Shown here: positions 35,715 through 44,769 of the stretch, piece by piece
Layout of the letters: every line of letters begins with the position of its first letter
Numbering within the stretch: the first letter of the stretch is position 1
NCBI GenBank assembly: GCA_965656415.1
Contig: CBFHKL010000002.1
Coordinates: 1 to 46,129 of the forward strand
Source: an uncultured bacterium
Lineage (GTDB): Bacteria > Fidelibacterota > Marinisomatia > Marinisomatales > Marinisomataceae
Length of the DNA stretch: 46,129 bases
Direction of reading: 5' to 3'
Position numbers and translations under genes: made by a program
Notes under the pieces: generated by a model
Databases searched by the model: none
What the model was told of the DNA's origin: nothing
What the model saw: only the letters and a program-made list of their open reading frames with translations

Positions 35715-36659
35715 TCAAAGCTTTGAAAATTTATCAGTGTATTCAAGCAGTTTATTCTTAATACCTTCTTCATAAATTGAATGCCCAGCATCAGGTATAA
35801 TATGTAAATCCGCTTCCGGCCATGCCTTATGTAAATCCCAAGCTTGTACGACAGGACAAATTATATCGTATCTACCATGAACTATAACTGCAGGAATATG
35901 TCTTATTTTATCAATATTATCTATTAAATAATTTTCAGAAGGAAACCAACAATCATTCATAAAATAATGGCATTCAATTCTGGCAAAAGCTTCGGCAAAT
36001 TTTGCATCACCAAAATCTGATATAAAATCATCATCTAGAATGAGTCGCACAGAACTTCCCTCCCATGTGCTCCAAGCTTTTGCTGCTTCAATTTTCTTGT
36101 TCTGATCATCTCCAGTCAAAATTTCATAATATGCATTTAGCAAGTTATCTCTTTTATTCTCCGGAATTGGAGCTAAATAAGATTCCCACTTATCTGGAAA
36201 GATGTTGCTTGCTCCGTATTGATAAAACCAATCAATTTCTTTCTTACGAACTAAAAAAATACCTCTCAAAATCAAACCTTTGCATGCATTTGGATGTTTT
36301 TGACTATAAGCCAGAGATAATGTACTACCCCAACTTCCACCAAAAACTACCCACTGATCTATTTGTAAATGATTTCTAATTTTTTCAATATCAGATACTA
36401 AGTCCCATGTTGTATTTTCTTTAAGCTCTGCAAATGGCGTACTTTGACCACATCCTCTCTGATCAAACATAATTATTCTCCATTCACCTGGATCAAAATA
36501 TTGTCTGTAAGTAGAACTAATTCCACCTCCAGGTCCACCATGTAGAAATATAACTGGTTTTCCATTCTTATTTCCTGATTCTTCAACAAAAATTGTATGC
36601 AACTCAGATACTTTTAAATTGAAAGAATTAAAAACTTTTGCTTTGGGATGTAATTCCAT
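35715..36659 (-). CDS. pip: Proline iminopeptidase (S33)
   Basis: 314 aa. The blocks PVIFLHGGPGGG, FDQRGCGQS, the nucleophile elbow GGSWGSTL and the C-terminal GHS match prolyl aminopeptidase. Confidence 0.9.
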   Translation of the reverse strand: MELHPKAKVFNSFNLKVSELHTIFVEESGNKNGKPVIFLHGGPGGGISSTYRQYFDPGEWRIIMFDQRGCGQSTPFAELKENTTWDLVSDIEKIRNHLQIDQWVVFGGSWGSTLSLAYSQKHPNACKGLILRGIFLVRKKEIDWFYQYGASNIFPDKWESYLAPIPENKRDNLLNAYYEILTGDDQNKKIEAAKAWSTWEGSSVRLILDDDFISDFGDAKFAEAFARIECHYFMNDCWFPSENYLIDNIDKIRHIPAVIVHGRYDIICPVVQAWDLHKAWPEADLHIIPDAGHSIYEEGIKNKLLEYTDKFSKL

Positions 36660-36702
36660 TTTTTAATTTAATAAAAAAAAATTTTTAATATGAATAAAGT
36701 TC

Positions 36703-36730
36703 TTGATGAATATTCTAAAATGCGTAATTT
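36703..36730 (+). promoter_or_regulatory. Candidate sigma-70-type promoter for the pntA-pntB operon
   Basis: TTGATG (36703-36708), a 16-nt spacer, then TAATTT (36725-36730), in the 89-nt divergent gap. The ATG is at 36749. Motif-only call. Confidence 0.25.
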
Positions 36731-36748
36731 TACCTCGATTTTACTGTT

Positions 36749-37870
36749 ATGAAAATTGGAATTTTAAAAGAACAAAAATCTAAAGAAAAAAGAGTGGCAA
36801 TCGTGCCATCTACTGTTTCTGCATTATCTAAAAAAGGATATGAATTTTTTGTTGTATCTGATTCAGGAGCATTGTCAAACTATTCTGATAATGACTACAA
36901 AGAGGCAGGAGCTAAAATTGTAAGTCAAAATGATGTTTTTAATTGTGATATCATTTGTAAAGTAAACGCTCCAACTGATGAAGAAGTTTCACTTCTAAAA
37001 TCTGGTACACTATTTATTTCTCTTTTACAAACAATTAAAGAAATTGATTGTGTTAAAAAATTAGCTAATAAAAAAGCGTCTGCATTCTCTTTAAATTTGC
37101 TTCCAAGAACTACTTTGGCACAAAAAATGGATGTGCTTAGTTCTCAAGCTAACATTGCAGGTTATAAAGCAGTTTTAATTGGTTCAAATCATATTGGAAA
37201 ATATATGCCACTTCTAATGACTGCTGCTGGAACAATTTCTCCCTCAAGAACTTTGGTAATAGGTGCTGGTGTTGCTGGATTACAAGCTATTGCAACTGCT
37301 AAAAGATTGGGAGCTCAAGTTGAAGCATTTGATGTAAGACCGGAAGTAAAAGAGCAGGTTGAAAGCTTAGGTGCAAAATTTATTGAAGTTGATAGTAATT
37401 CAGATGATGGTGTTGGTTCTGGAGGTTATGCATCGGAAACCAGCGAAGAATATAAAGCAAAACAACAAGAATTAATGAAAGAAAGAGTTAGTAAGTCAGA
37501 TATAGTTATTACTACTGCCTTAATTCCTAACAGACCTGCTCCAATGTTGATACCAAAAAGCATGGTAGAATCTATGAAACCAGGTTCGGTTATTATGGAT
37601 TTAGCTTCTGAAAATGGTGGTAACTGTGAATTGACTCAAGAAAACGAAATTGTCAATCATAATGGCGTATTAATTGATGGTAATTCAAACTTACCAAGCA
37701 CTATGGCTTATCACTCTAGCCAACTTTTCTCAAAAAATATTGAGGCTATTATTGATCACTGTCATTCAGAAGAAGGATTTGTACTTGATAAAGAAGATGA
37801 AATTATCGATGGAATGTTATTTATTGAAAATGGCGAAGTTCGACATCAACCAACTAAGGAGTCAATGTAA
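36749..37870 (+). CDS. pntAA: NAD(P) transhydrogenase subunit alpha, part 1 (dI, NAD(H)-binding)
   Basis: 373 aa. Alanine-dehydrogenase/PNT fold with ERRVA-like KEKRVAIVP and the Rossmann block VIGAGVAGLQAIATAKRLGA. Confidence 0.93.
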   Translation: MKIGILKEQKSKEKRVAIVPSTVSALSKKGYEFFVVSDSGALSNYSDNDYKEAGAKIVSQNDVFNCDIICKVNAPTDEEVSLLKSGTLFISLLQTIKEIDCVKKLANKKASAFSLNLLPRTTLAQKMDVLSSQANIAGYKAVLIGSNHIGKYMPLLMTAAGTISPSRTLVIGAGVAGLQAIATAKRLGAQVEAFDVRPEVKEQVESLGAKFIEVDSNSDDGVGSGGYASETSEEYKAKQQELMKERVSKSDIVITTALIPNRPAPMLIPKSMVESMKPGSVIMDLASENGGNCELTQENEIVNHNGVLIDGNSNLPSTMAYHSSQLFSKNIEAIIDHCHSEEGFVLDKEDEIIDGMLFIENGEVRHQPTKESM

Positions 37871-38151
37871 TGCAAATCGATATCGTTAGCTTAATTACAA
37901 TTTTCATACTTGCAGTATTTGTTGGAAATGAAATTATTAACAAAGTTCCACCTACATTACATACACCATTAATGTCTGGTTCAAATGCTATTTCGGGGAT
38001 TGCTATTGTTGGTGCAATTCTTGCAATATTGGTAGATGCAGGAGATGCAAGTAAATATATTGGCTTAGCTGCTTTAATTTGTGCAACTATAAACGTAGTT
38101 GGTGGTTTTCTTGTTACAGATAGAATGTTAAAAATGTTTAAAAAGAAGTAA
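37870..38151 (+). CDS. pntAB: NAD(P) transhydrogenase subunit alpha, part 2 (membrane dII segment)
   Basis: 93 aa and 3 TM spans. PLMSGSNAISGI and the C-terminal GGFLVTDRML are typical. Its ATG overlaps the pntAA stop (TAATG). Confidence 0.9.
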   Translation: MQIDIVSLITIFILAVFVGNEIINKVPPTLHTPLMSGSNAISGIAIVGAILAILVDAGDASKYIGLAALICATINVVGGFLVTDRMLKMFKKK

Positions 38152-38153
38152 AA

Positions 38154-39542
38154 ATGGAACCTATTCAAATAACAAATATTCTTTATTTAGTATCTGCAGT
38201 AGCATTTATTTTAGGTATTAAAAGATTATCGCACCCAAAGACTGCTAGAAGTGGAAATCTATTATCTTCACTTGGTATGTTAATTGCTATTATAGCCACC
38301 TTGACATATCCAGGAAAAGAATTTGATTTCGTATTGATACTTACCGGAGTTGGTATTGGGGCAGTTATTGGATTAATTTTTGCAACTAGAGTTCAAATGA
38401 CTGAAATGCCTCAAATGGTTGCTATTTTTAATGGTCTTGGCGGAGCAGCATCTGCTTTTGTTGCATCTTCAGAATTTTTATCATCTCCAAACAGTCCATT
38501 CATTATTGTTTGTTTGAGTGTTTTTATTGGATCTTTGACTTTTACTGGTAGTTTTGTTGCATTTGGAAAACTTCAAGGATTTATTTCAGGAAGGGCTATT
38601 ACATTTAAAGGCCAACAGGCTATTAATGCTGTTATTGCTATTCTTTCAGTTTCTTTAATATTAGCTCCTGGTTTGTTTTTTGATTCATCAATTTATAGTG
38701 GATATTTAAATGCATTTTTTGTGGTAGTTATTCTTGCACTGATACTTGGAGTGGGTCTTACTATCCCAATTGGCGGTGCAGATATGCCAGTTGTGATTTC
38801 ACTTTTGAACTCATATTCAGGAATTGCTGCAGCAGCCACAGGATTTTTAATCGGTAACAATGCCCTTATTATTAGCGGATCTCTTGTAGGAGCTTCAGGA
38901 TTAATTTTAACAAATATTATGTGTAAAGGAATGAATCGTTCTCTTGCTAACGTAATATTTGGTGCAGTTGGAGCTGAATCCGACAGTGGAAGCACAGATG
39001 GAAAAGAAATGAATATTAAAAGCTATTCAACAACTGAAGCAGCTATGATCTTAGATGCCGCAGAAAAAATTATTATTGTTCCAGGGTATGGACTTGCAGT
39101 TGCTCAAGCACAGCATGTTGCAAGAGAAGTAGCAGAATCTCTTGAAGCGATGGGTAAAACAGTTTTGTATGCGATTCATCCAGTTGCTGGAAGAATGCCT
39201 GGTCACATGAATGTTCTACTTGCTGAGGCAAATGTTTCTTATGATGTTTTAAAAGATTTGGATGAAATTAATCCAGAATTTGAGGATTGTGATGTTGCAC
39301 TTATCCTTGGTGCAAATGATGTAGTAAATCCTGCAGCTAGACACGATAAATCTAGTCCAATTTATGGTATGCCTATTTTAAATGTAGACAAATCAAGAAC
39401 TGTAATTATTAACAAAAGAAGTATGAATCCTGGTTTTGCTGGAGTTCAAAATGAATTATTTGGCTATGATAATTCTATTATGGTTTTTGGTGATGCAAAA
39501 GACATGCTAAATGATTTACTTAAAGAAGTAAAAGAATTATAA
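38154..39542 (+). CDS. pntB: NAD(P) transhydrogenase subunit beta
   Basis: 462 aa. Membrane dII domain plus the dIII NADP(H)-binding domain (VPGYGLAVAQAQH, IHPVAGRMPGHMNVLLAEA, GANDVVNPAA). Confidence 0.95.
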   Translation: MEPIQITNILYLVSAVAFILGIKRLSHPKTARSGNLLSSLGMLIAIIATLTYPGKEFDFVLILTGVGIGAVIGLIFATRVQMTEMPQMVAIFNGLGGAASAFVASSEFLSSPNSPFIIVCLSVFIGSLTFTGSFVAFGKLQGFISGRAITFKGQQAINAVIAILSVSLILAPGLFFDSSIYSGYLNAFFVVVILALILGVGLTIPIGGADMPVVISLLNSYSGIAAAATGFLIGNNALIISGSLVGASGLILTNIMCKGMNRSLANVIFGAVGAESDSGSTDGKEMNIKSYSTTEAAMILDAAEKIIIVPGYGLAVAQAQHVAREVAESLEAMGKTVLYAIHPVAGRMPGHMNVLLAEANVSYDVLKDLDEINPEFEDCDVALILGANDVVNPAARHDKSSPIYGMPILNVDKSRTVIINKRSMNPGFAGVQNELFGYDNSIMVFGDAKDMLNDLLKEVKEL

Positions 39543-39573
39543 ACTTCTTTTATTTTTTTTTCTATATTAAATC

Positions 39574-40065
39574 ATGTCAAAATTAACGCTCTATGATATC
39601 GCAAATGAATTTGAAAAATCTTTAGATAACTTACTAGATCATGATAATTCAGACTTAATCAAAGAAATAGAATCAATTGAGGGTGAATTCAAATTAAAAT
39701 CAACTAACGTAGCTAAATATATTAGAAATCTTGAACATTTGGCTATCGGTATTAAAGAAGTTGAAAAAAATCAAAAAGATCGTAGAGCTTCTTTGGAAAA
39801 GAAAATTTCAAGATTAAAGGATTATCTTAGAATTAATTTTGAAAAAACAAATACTGAAAAGATTGAAGGTGATGATATAATTATTTCAATGTATAAAAAT
39901 CCTGTAAAAGTAAATATTGTCGATGAAGAAAAAATACCTGAAGAATTCTTTCAGAAAAAAGAAACTAAATTATTAAATAAAGATAAAATAAAAGAATCAC
40001 TAAAAAATGGTGAAGATATTCCTGGGTGTGAACTAATTCAGGAAAAGAGAATTAATATTAAATAA
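39574..40065 (+). CDS. Siphovirus Gp157-family protein
   Basis: 163 aa. The full-length pattern matches my memory of Pfam Sipho_Gp157. Matching blocks are LYDI..EF...L..LL, IESIEGEFKLKSTNVAKYIRNLE, K..DRRASLEKKISRLKDYL, MYKNP.KVNIVDEEKIPEEF and KIKESLKNGEDIPGCELIQEKRINIK. Confidence 0.8.
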   Translation: MSKLTLYDIANEFEKSLDNLLDHDNSDLIKEIESIEGEFKLKSTNVAKYIRNLEHLAIGIKEVEKNQKDRRASLEKKISRLKDYLRINFEKTNTEKIEGDDIIISMYKNPVKVNIVDEEKIPEEFFQKKETKLLNKDKIKESLKNGEDIPGCELIQEKRINIK

Positions 40066-40071
40066 ATCATA

Positions 40072-40662
40072 ATGAAATTTTTAGCAAAATATAGGATGTA
40101 TTTTTTAAGAATTTCTATTTTACTTCTAATAGTTTTATCCATTCAAGATAATGACTTCAGAGCCTATACTCTTGAATTAACCACTATCGAATCTCTACAA
40201 ATGAGTATTTTAGGCTTTATACTAGTTGTTTTTGGTTCATTCGGAAGAATTTGGGCTTCACTATACATTGAAGGAAACAAAACAAAAAATTTGATTACTA
40301 ATGGACCCTTTTCAATGGTAAGAAATCCATTATATTTTTTTAGCTTAATAATGTTGCTTGGTTTTAGTTTAGCGCTAAAAGCTATTTATCTTCCTTTAGC
40401 TCTGCTTATAATCTTTATTGTATTTCATATTCCAACAATTGCTAACGAAGAAATAAAACTTAGAAATAATCATGGAGAAAAATTTGAATATTACATGAAA
40501 TCCACTCCGAGATTAATTCCAAATATCTTTAAATACAAGAAACCTGAAATAGGCGAAAAAGTATTAGTAAAAATTAGTAGAATCAATGGTGTATTGATTG
40601 AAGTAATAGGGTATTTATTTCTATATACTCTTATCGATATAATATATTTTATTTTAGATTAA
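40072..40662 (+). CDS. ICMT/PEMT-like integral-membrane methyltransferase family protein
   Basis: 196 aa and about 5 TM spans. LITNGPFSMVRNPLYFF (the RNPxY block) and EEIKLRNNHGEKFEYYMKSTPRLIP are typical of the isoprenylcysteine carboxyl / phospholipid methyltransferase fold. It starts 6 nt after the Gp157-like stop. Confidence 0.75.
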   Translation: MKFLAKYRMYFLRISILLLIVLSIQDNDFRAYTLELTTIESLQMSILGFILVVFGSFGRIWASLYIEGNKTKNLITNGPFSMVRNPLYFFSLIMLLGFSLALKAIYLPLALLIIFIVFHIPTIANEEIKLRNNHGEKFEYYMKSTPRLIPNIFKYKKPEIGEKVLVKISRINGVLIEVIGYLFLYTLIDIIYFILD

Positions 40663-41370
40663 TTCTTTTTCGCGAAGCATATTTATTAGATCTTCGCTTT
40701 TATATTCTACATTAAAAATTTTATAAGTGTCATTTTCTTTTAAATGAAATAAAGTTTGACTACCTACCTCTAACCCATAGTAGCGTTCAAGAATATACCT
40801 ATAAAATGAAAGTTGTAAGGAGTAGTGATTGAAATTACAGTCATCTAAATGTTGAGATGATGGAAGTATTCCTTTTTTCTTCCTGAATGAATTCTTATCA
40901 ATTCTCTTATTGGTTTTCCAGTCTACTAAATGATACATGTTTTGATCACTGTTATATACAAGCAAATCAATCGTTCCTGCTATACCTAACTCTTTAGAAT
41001 AAACAACAACTTCCGAGAAAAAGGTATTATGCTCATTTTTTTGTTTTTCTTTTAACCATCTAACACCTGTAATTGACATTTTGTGCTTAGGAGTAACATT
41101 TTCCTTAATAAACATTTCTAACTCATTATGAACTATTGTTCCTCTTTCAGCTCCTTTGCCCCACTCTTTAAGAACTTCACTAATAGTTTTTCCGCTATAC
41201 TTTGGATTCGTATTAATTAACTTAGTAGCTACTTTTTCTTGATCAAATTTTTCAAAGAAAAAATGGATAAACTCAGTTACACTTGAAAACTTAAAATCAG
41301 GACTATCATCTAAAATATATTTATGATTTTCTTGATCTAAAGTAATATCGTTTTTAAACAATTCGTTCAT
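40654..41370 (-). CDS. PD-(D/E)XK (RecB/Cas4-like) nuclease, phage-exonuclease type
   Basis: 238 aa. The motifs appear in the canonical order: HKY...FSSVTEFI, GTIVHNELE, FSE120VVV, GTID135LL, LVD150WK152T and Q186LSFY190 (QxxxY). Confidence 0.75.
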   Translation of the reverse strand: MNELFKNDITLDQENHKYILDDSPDFKFSSVTEFIHFFFEKFDQEKVATKLINTNPKYSGKTISEVLKEWGKGAERGTIVHNELEMFIKENVTPKHKMSITGVRWLKEKQKNEHNTFFSEVVVYSKELGIAGTIDLLVYNSDQNMYHLVDWKTNKRIDKNSFRKKKGILPSSQHLDDCNFNHYSLQLSFYRYILERYYGLEVGSQTLFHLKENDTYKIFNVEYKSEDLINMLREKELI

Positions 41371-41372
41371 TA

Positions 41373-41597
41373 TTATCCTTCATGTAAGATATCTTTGCTA
41401 TTAGAAGCTCTAAGCTTATTAACGCGTCTTCGAGTAATTCTTCTTTGATAAAAACCAAGTGACCAACCAATTAGCAATAGAATCGGAATTATTGCACGCA
41501 TGGGATTATCAGAAAACAATGAAAAATACAGAAGAAGTAATGCAGTAATCAATTGAATAGAAAACTGAATTGAATTAATTACTTTTAGTTTATTCAT
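41373..41597 (-). CDS. Small 2-TM membrane protein with a basic C-terminal tail, function unknown
   Basis: 74-aa ORF with two hydrophobic spans, followed by QRRITRRRVNKLR. Its ATG shares one nucleotide with the pepA stop, and it ends 2 nt before the nuclease ATG. Confidence 0.4.
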   Translation of the reverse strand: MNKLKVINSIQFSIQLITALLLLYFSLFSDNPMRAIIPILLLIGWSLGFYQRRITRRRVNKLRASNSKDILHEG

Positions 41598-43036
41598 TAT
41601 GCACCAAGCAAATCAAGTACAAGTCTTATTACTTGACCTGAAGCACTATTTTTTTGAATATAACTTCTATTTTCAACATGATATGAAGTACCTGCAACAT
41701 CAAAGTGAGCCCATGGTATATCTTTTCCAACAAAAGCTTTCAAAAATGCTGCCCCAGCAATAGTACCTGCCTGTCCAGGAGACCCTAAATTTTTAACATC
41801 TGCAACATCAGATTTTACTTGATCACAATACTCCTCCCATAGAGGTAATTGCCATACATGTTCACCGGTGTTATCAGAAGAAACTTTAATATTTTCTACC
41901 AAAGTATCATTATTACTCATTAAACCAGTGGCAATATGTCCGAGAGTCACAACAACAGCACCAGTAAGTGTGGCAAAATCTAACATATATTCAGGATCAT
42001 ATTGCTTACTTGCATAAGCTAAAGCATCAGCAAGAATTAGTCTACCTTCAGCATCTGTGTTTAAAACTTCAATTGTTTTACCATTGTATGCAGTTAAAAT
42101 ATCTCCAGGCTTATAAGCTGATCCTCCAAGCATGTTATGTGTTGAAGGGACAATAGCTACCACATTGATATCAGGTTGTAATTCAGCTATTGCATTCATA
42201 ACACCAAAAACGACCGCTGAACCACACATATCAAATTTCATTTGATCCATGTTAAGACCAGGTTTTAAAGAAACTCCACCTGTATCAAAAGTTAAACCTT
42301 TACCAACAAGAAGTACTGGTTTTTCACTTTTCTTTCCTCCAAAATATTCCATAATTATAAATTTAGGTGGTTCATTAGTTCCTTGAGCTACTCCTGCGAA
42401 AGAACCCATACCCATTTTGGTAAATTCTTCTCTATCAAAAACAGTAACTTTCATTTTACCTTTTTTACCAACTTCTTTAGCGAAATTTGCTAATCTAGAT
42501 GGAGTAGTAACATTCCCAGGATGATTACCAAGATCTCTAGAGTCACATACAGCGCTAGCAATAATTGCACCTTTTTTTGCTGCATCTTGATTACAAGCAT
42601 CAACCATTGTAATACTTTGTAAATGGTATTTACCTCTCTCGTCAGTGAAATAATCTAAAAATCGATAACTAGAAAGAATTAAACCTTCAGCAAATGCTTG
42701 ACAAAAATAATCACCTTCGTTTGAAACAGGACATTCAACAGCAATATCACTATACTTATGCTGCAATGCATAACCTACAACTTCTCCTGCAGCTCTTCTA
42801 AAATTTTCTGGTGTTTTTTCTGAAGAGTCTCCTAGGCCGTAGTAAACAATTCTTGAATTATTATCGATTTCAAATACAAGTTCCCCAACTTTTCCTGTTT
42901 TATTTTGAGATTTAAATAATTTTGCTAAATCTTTGTCCATACCATCTGAAAATGTTGGTACTGCTACCATTCCATAATTTTCATCAATTAAATCCTTATG
43001 ATTTTTTAAAAACTTTAAATTCTTTATATGTGCCAT
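41597..43036 (-). CDS. pepA: Leucyl aminopeptidase (M17)
   Basis: 479 aa. The M17 signature NTDAEGRLILADAL and the metal/active-site blocks VGKGLTFDTGG and MKFDMCGSA are present. Confidence 0.95.
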   Translation of the reverse strand: MAHIKNLKFLKNHKDLIDENYGMVAVPTFSDGMDKDLAKLFKSQNKTGKVGELVFEIDNNSRIVYYGLGDSSEKTPENFRRAAGEVVGYALQHKYSDIAVECPVSNEGDYFCQAFAEGLILSSYRFLDYFTDERGKYHLQSITMVDACNQDAAKKGAIIASAVCDSRDLGNHPGNVTTPSRLANFAKEVGKKGKMKVTVFDREEFTKMGMGSFAGVAQGTNEPPKFIIMEYFGGKKSEKPVLLVGKGLTFDTGGVSLKPGLNMDQMKFDMCGSAVVFGVMNAIAELQPDINVVAIVPSTHNMLGGSAYKPGDILTAYNGKTIEVLNTDAEGRLILADALAYASKQYDPEYMLDFATLTGAVVVTLGHIATGLMSNNDTLVENIKVSSDNTGEHVWQLPLWEEYCDQVKSDVADVKNLGSPGQAGTIAGAAFLKAFVGKDIPWAHFDVAGTSYHVENRSYIQKNSASGQVIRLVLDLLGA

Positions 43037-43046
43037 TTTTTTCCCT

Positions 43047-43439
43047 TTACAAACTCAAGTTATGTTTAAAACTCACTAGCTTACCATTTTCATCTTTAAT
43101 GACTGCAACAAATGTTATATCAGCCGTGCATGCCAGTCTTTTTCCGTGATCTTTACTTTCTGCAAATGCTTTAACTTGAACTTTTACAGATGTGTTTCCT
43201 GCTCCAATAATTGTTGATTTGCATTTTACCCAATCGCCAAGATATACAGGTTCTTTAAATTCAACTTTGTCTAAAGCTCTAGTTACTGAACCCCAGGCAT
43301 CAGTCTCTTCAAGAAATTCAGATGCTGCTTTTGCTGCAGCTAGGTCAAGCCATGATAGCATATATCCACCAAAGAGAGTACCTGCAGTGTTAATATGAGT
43401 AGGTTGTACTAGTTCTGAAAATTCTGAAACTTTATTCAC
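43047..43439 (-). CDS. Acyl-CoA thioesterase (hotdog fold, YciA/BFIT-like)
   Basis: 130 aa. HINTAGTLFGGYMLSWLDLAAAKAA and F.EPVYLGD fit the 4HBT-type acyl-CoA thioesterase family. GTG start. Confidence 0.8.
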   Translation of the reverse strand: MNKVSEFSELVQPTHINTAGTLFGGYMLSWLDLAAAKAASEFLEETDAWGSVTRALDKVEFKEPVYLGDWVKCKSTIIGAGNTSVKVQVKAFAESKDHGKRLACTADITFVAVIKDENGKLVSFKHNLSL

Positions 43440-43491
43440 GAGGATAATTTATAAAAAATTGTGACTTTTCAGTACTTTATTTCAAAAAAAT

Positions 43492-44769
43492 TTAAAACTG
43501 TTCTTCTTCAGTAGATCCATCCATCGCACTTGTTGATGGATCTCCGACTATACAGTTATTTACTTCATCAAAATAACCAGTACCAACCTCTTGTTGATGT
43601 GCAGAAAAAGTATATCCTTTATCATGATCTGCAAATTCTTTTTCTTGTAATTCAACATATGCGGTCATTCCAGTTTTAACATAATTTTTAGTGAGGTCAA
43701 ACATGCCATGCCACATTGAGTGAATTCCTGCAAGCGTAATAAATTGGAATTTATATCCCATAGCTCCTAACTCTCTTTGAAATTTTGCAATAGTTGCATC
43801 ATCAAGATTTTTTCTCCAATTAAATGAAGGAGAACAATTATAAGCTAACATTAATTCAGGATGATCTTTTTTAATTGACTCAGCAAAAAGCTTAGCTTCT
43901 TCTAAATTTGGTTTACCAGTTTCACACCATAATAAATCAGAATATGGTGCATAAGAAAGACCTCTTGAAATAGCTTGTTTAATTCCTGATTTAACTCTGT
44001 AAAAACCTTCTGAAGTTCTTTCACCTGTAACAAACTCAGCGTCTCTTTCATCAATATCTGAAGTTAGCAAATCTGCAGCATTTGCATCTGTTCTTGCTAC
44101 CAACAATGTTGGCACATTAGAGACATCTGCTGCTAGTCTTGCTGCAACTAATTTATTGATTGCTTCTTGTGTAGGAACAAGTACTTTTCCGCCCATGTGA
44201 CCACATTTTTTTACACTAGCCAACTGATCTTCAAAATGTACTCCAGCTGCACCTGCCTTTATCATGGCTTTCATTAATTCAAATGCATTTAATACACCAC
44301 CAAATCCAGCTTCAGCATCAGCTACAATTGGAGTGAAAAAATCAAATTTTGGCTCTCCATTAGAGCTCATCCATTCTATTTGGTCAGCTCTTTTAAATGA
44401 ACTATTAATTCTTTTTACAAGAGATGGAACAGAATCTACTGGATAAAGAGATTGATCTGGATACATTGCTTCAGCACTGTTATTATCAGCAGCTACCTGC
44501 CAACCAGATACATAAATTGCTTTGGCACCTGCCTTAACGCCCTGAACTGCCTGTCCTCCAGTTAGAGTACCTAGACAATGCACATAGTCTTCATTATGAA
44601 GCATATTCCAAAGCTTCTCAGCGCCAATTCTTGCAAGTGTGTATTCAGGCTGAAGCGACCCTCTTAGCTTAACAACTTCTTCAGCTGAGTAAGGTCTTTT
44701 GACATAAGCCCATCTTTCATTCATTTCCCAGTCATTTTTTAGTTCTAATACTTGTTCATTTAAATTCAT
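43492..44769 (-). CDS. aceA: Isocitrate lyase
   Basis: 425 aa. The signature KKCGHMGGK is present, along with the blocks [10 protein letters not shown] and [12 protein letters not shown]. Confidence 0.97.
   Translation of the reverse strand: MNLNEQVLELKNDWEMNERWAYVKRPYSAEEVVKLRGSLQPEYTLARIGAEKLWNMLHNEDYVHCLGTLTGGQAVQGVKAGAKAIYVSGWQVAADNNSAEAMYPDQSLYPVDSVPSLVKRINSSFKRADQIEWMSSNGEPKFDFFTPIVADAEAGFGGVLNAFELMKAMIKAGAAGVHFEDQLASVKKCGHMGGKVLVPTQEAINKLVAARLAADVSNVPTLLVARTDANAADLLTSDIDERDAEFVTGERTSEGFYRVKSGIKQAISRGLSYAPYSDLLWCETGKPNLEEAKLFAESIKKDHPELMLAYNCSPSFNWRKNLDDATIAKFQRELGAMGYKFQFITLAGIHSMWHGMFDLTKNYVKTGMTAYVELQEKEFADHDKGYTFSAHQQEVGTGYFDEVNNCIVGDPSTSAMDGSTEEEQF

Noticed and set aside
37854-38168. 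104-aa minus-strand ORF antisense to pntAB.
   Set aside because: It lies opposite a conserved transhydrogenase membrane subunit, and its hydrophobic mirror sequence is expected by chance.
39574-41597. Whether the Gp157/nuclease cassette is an intact prophage or integrative element.
   Set aside because: It has no integrase, structural or lysis genes, no adjacent tRNA, and no flanking direct repeats that I could see. Its composition looks like the surrounding DNA. It is at most a remnant or a domesticated module.
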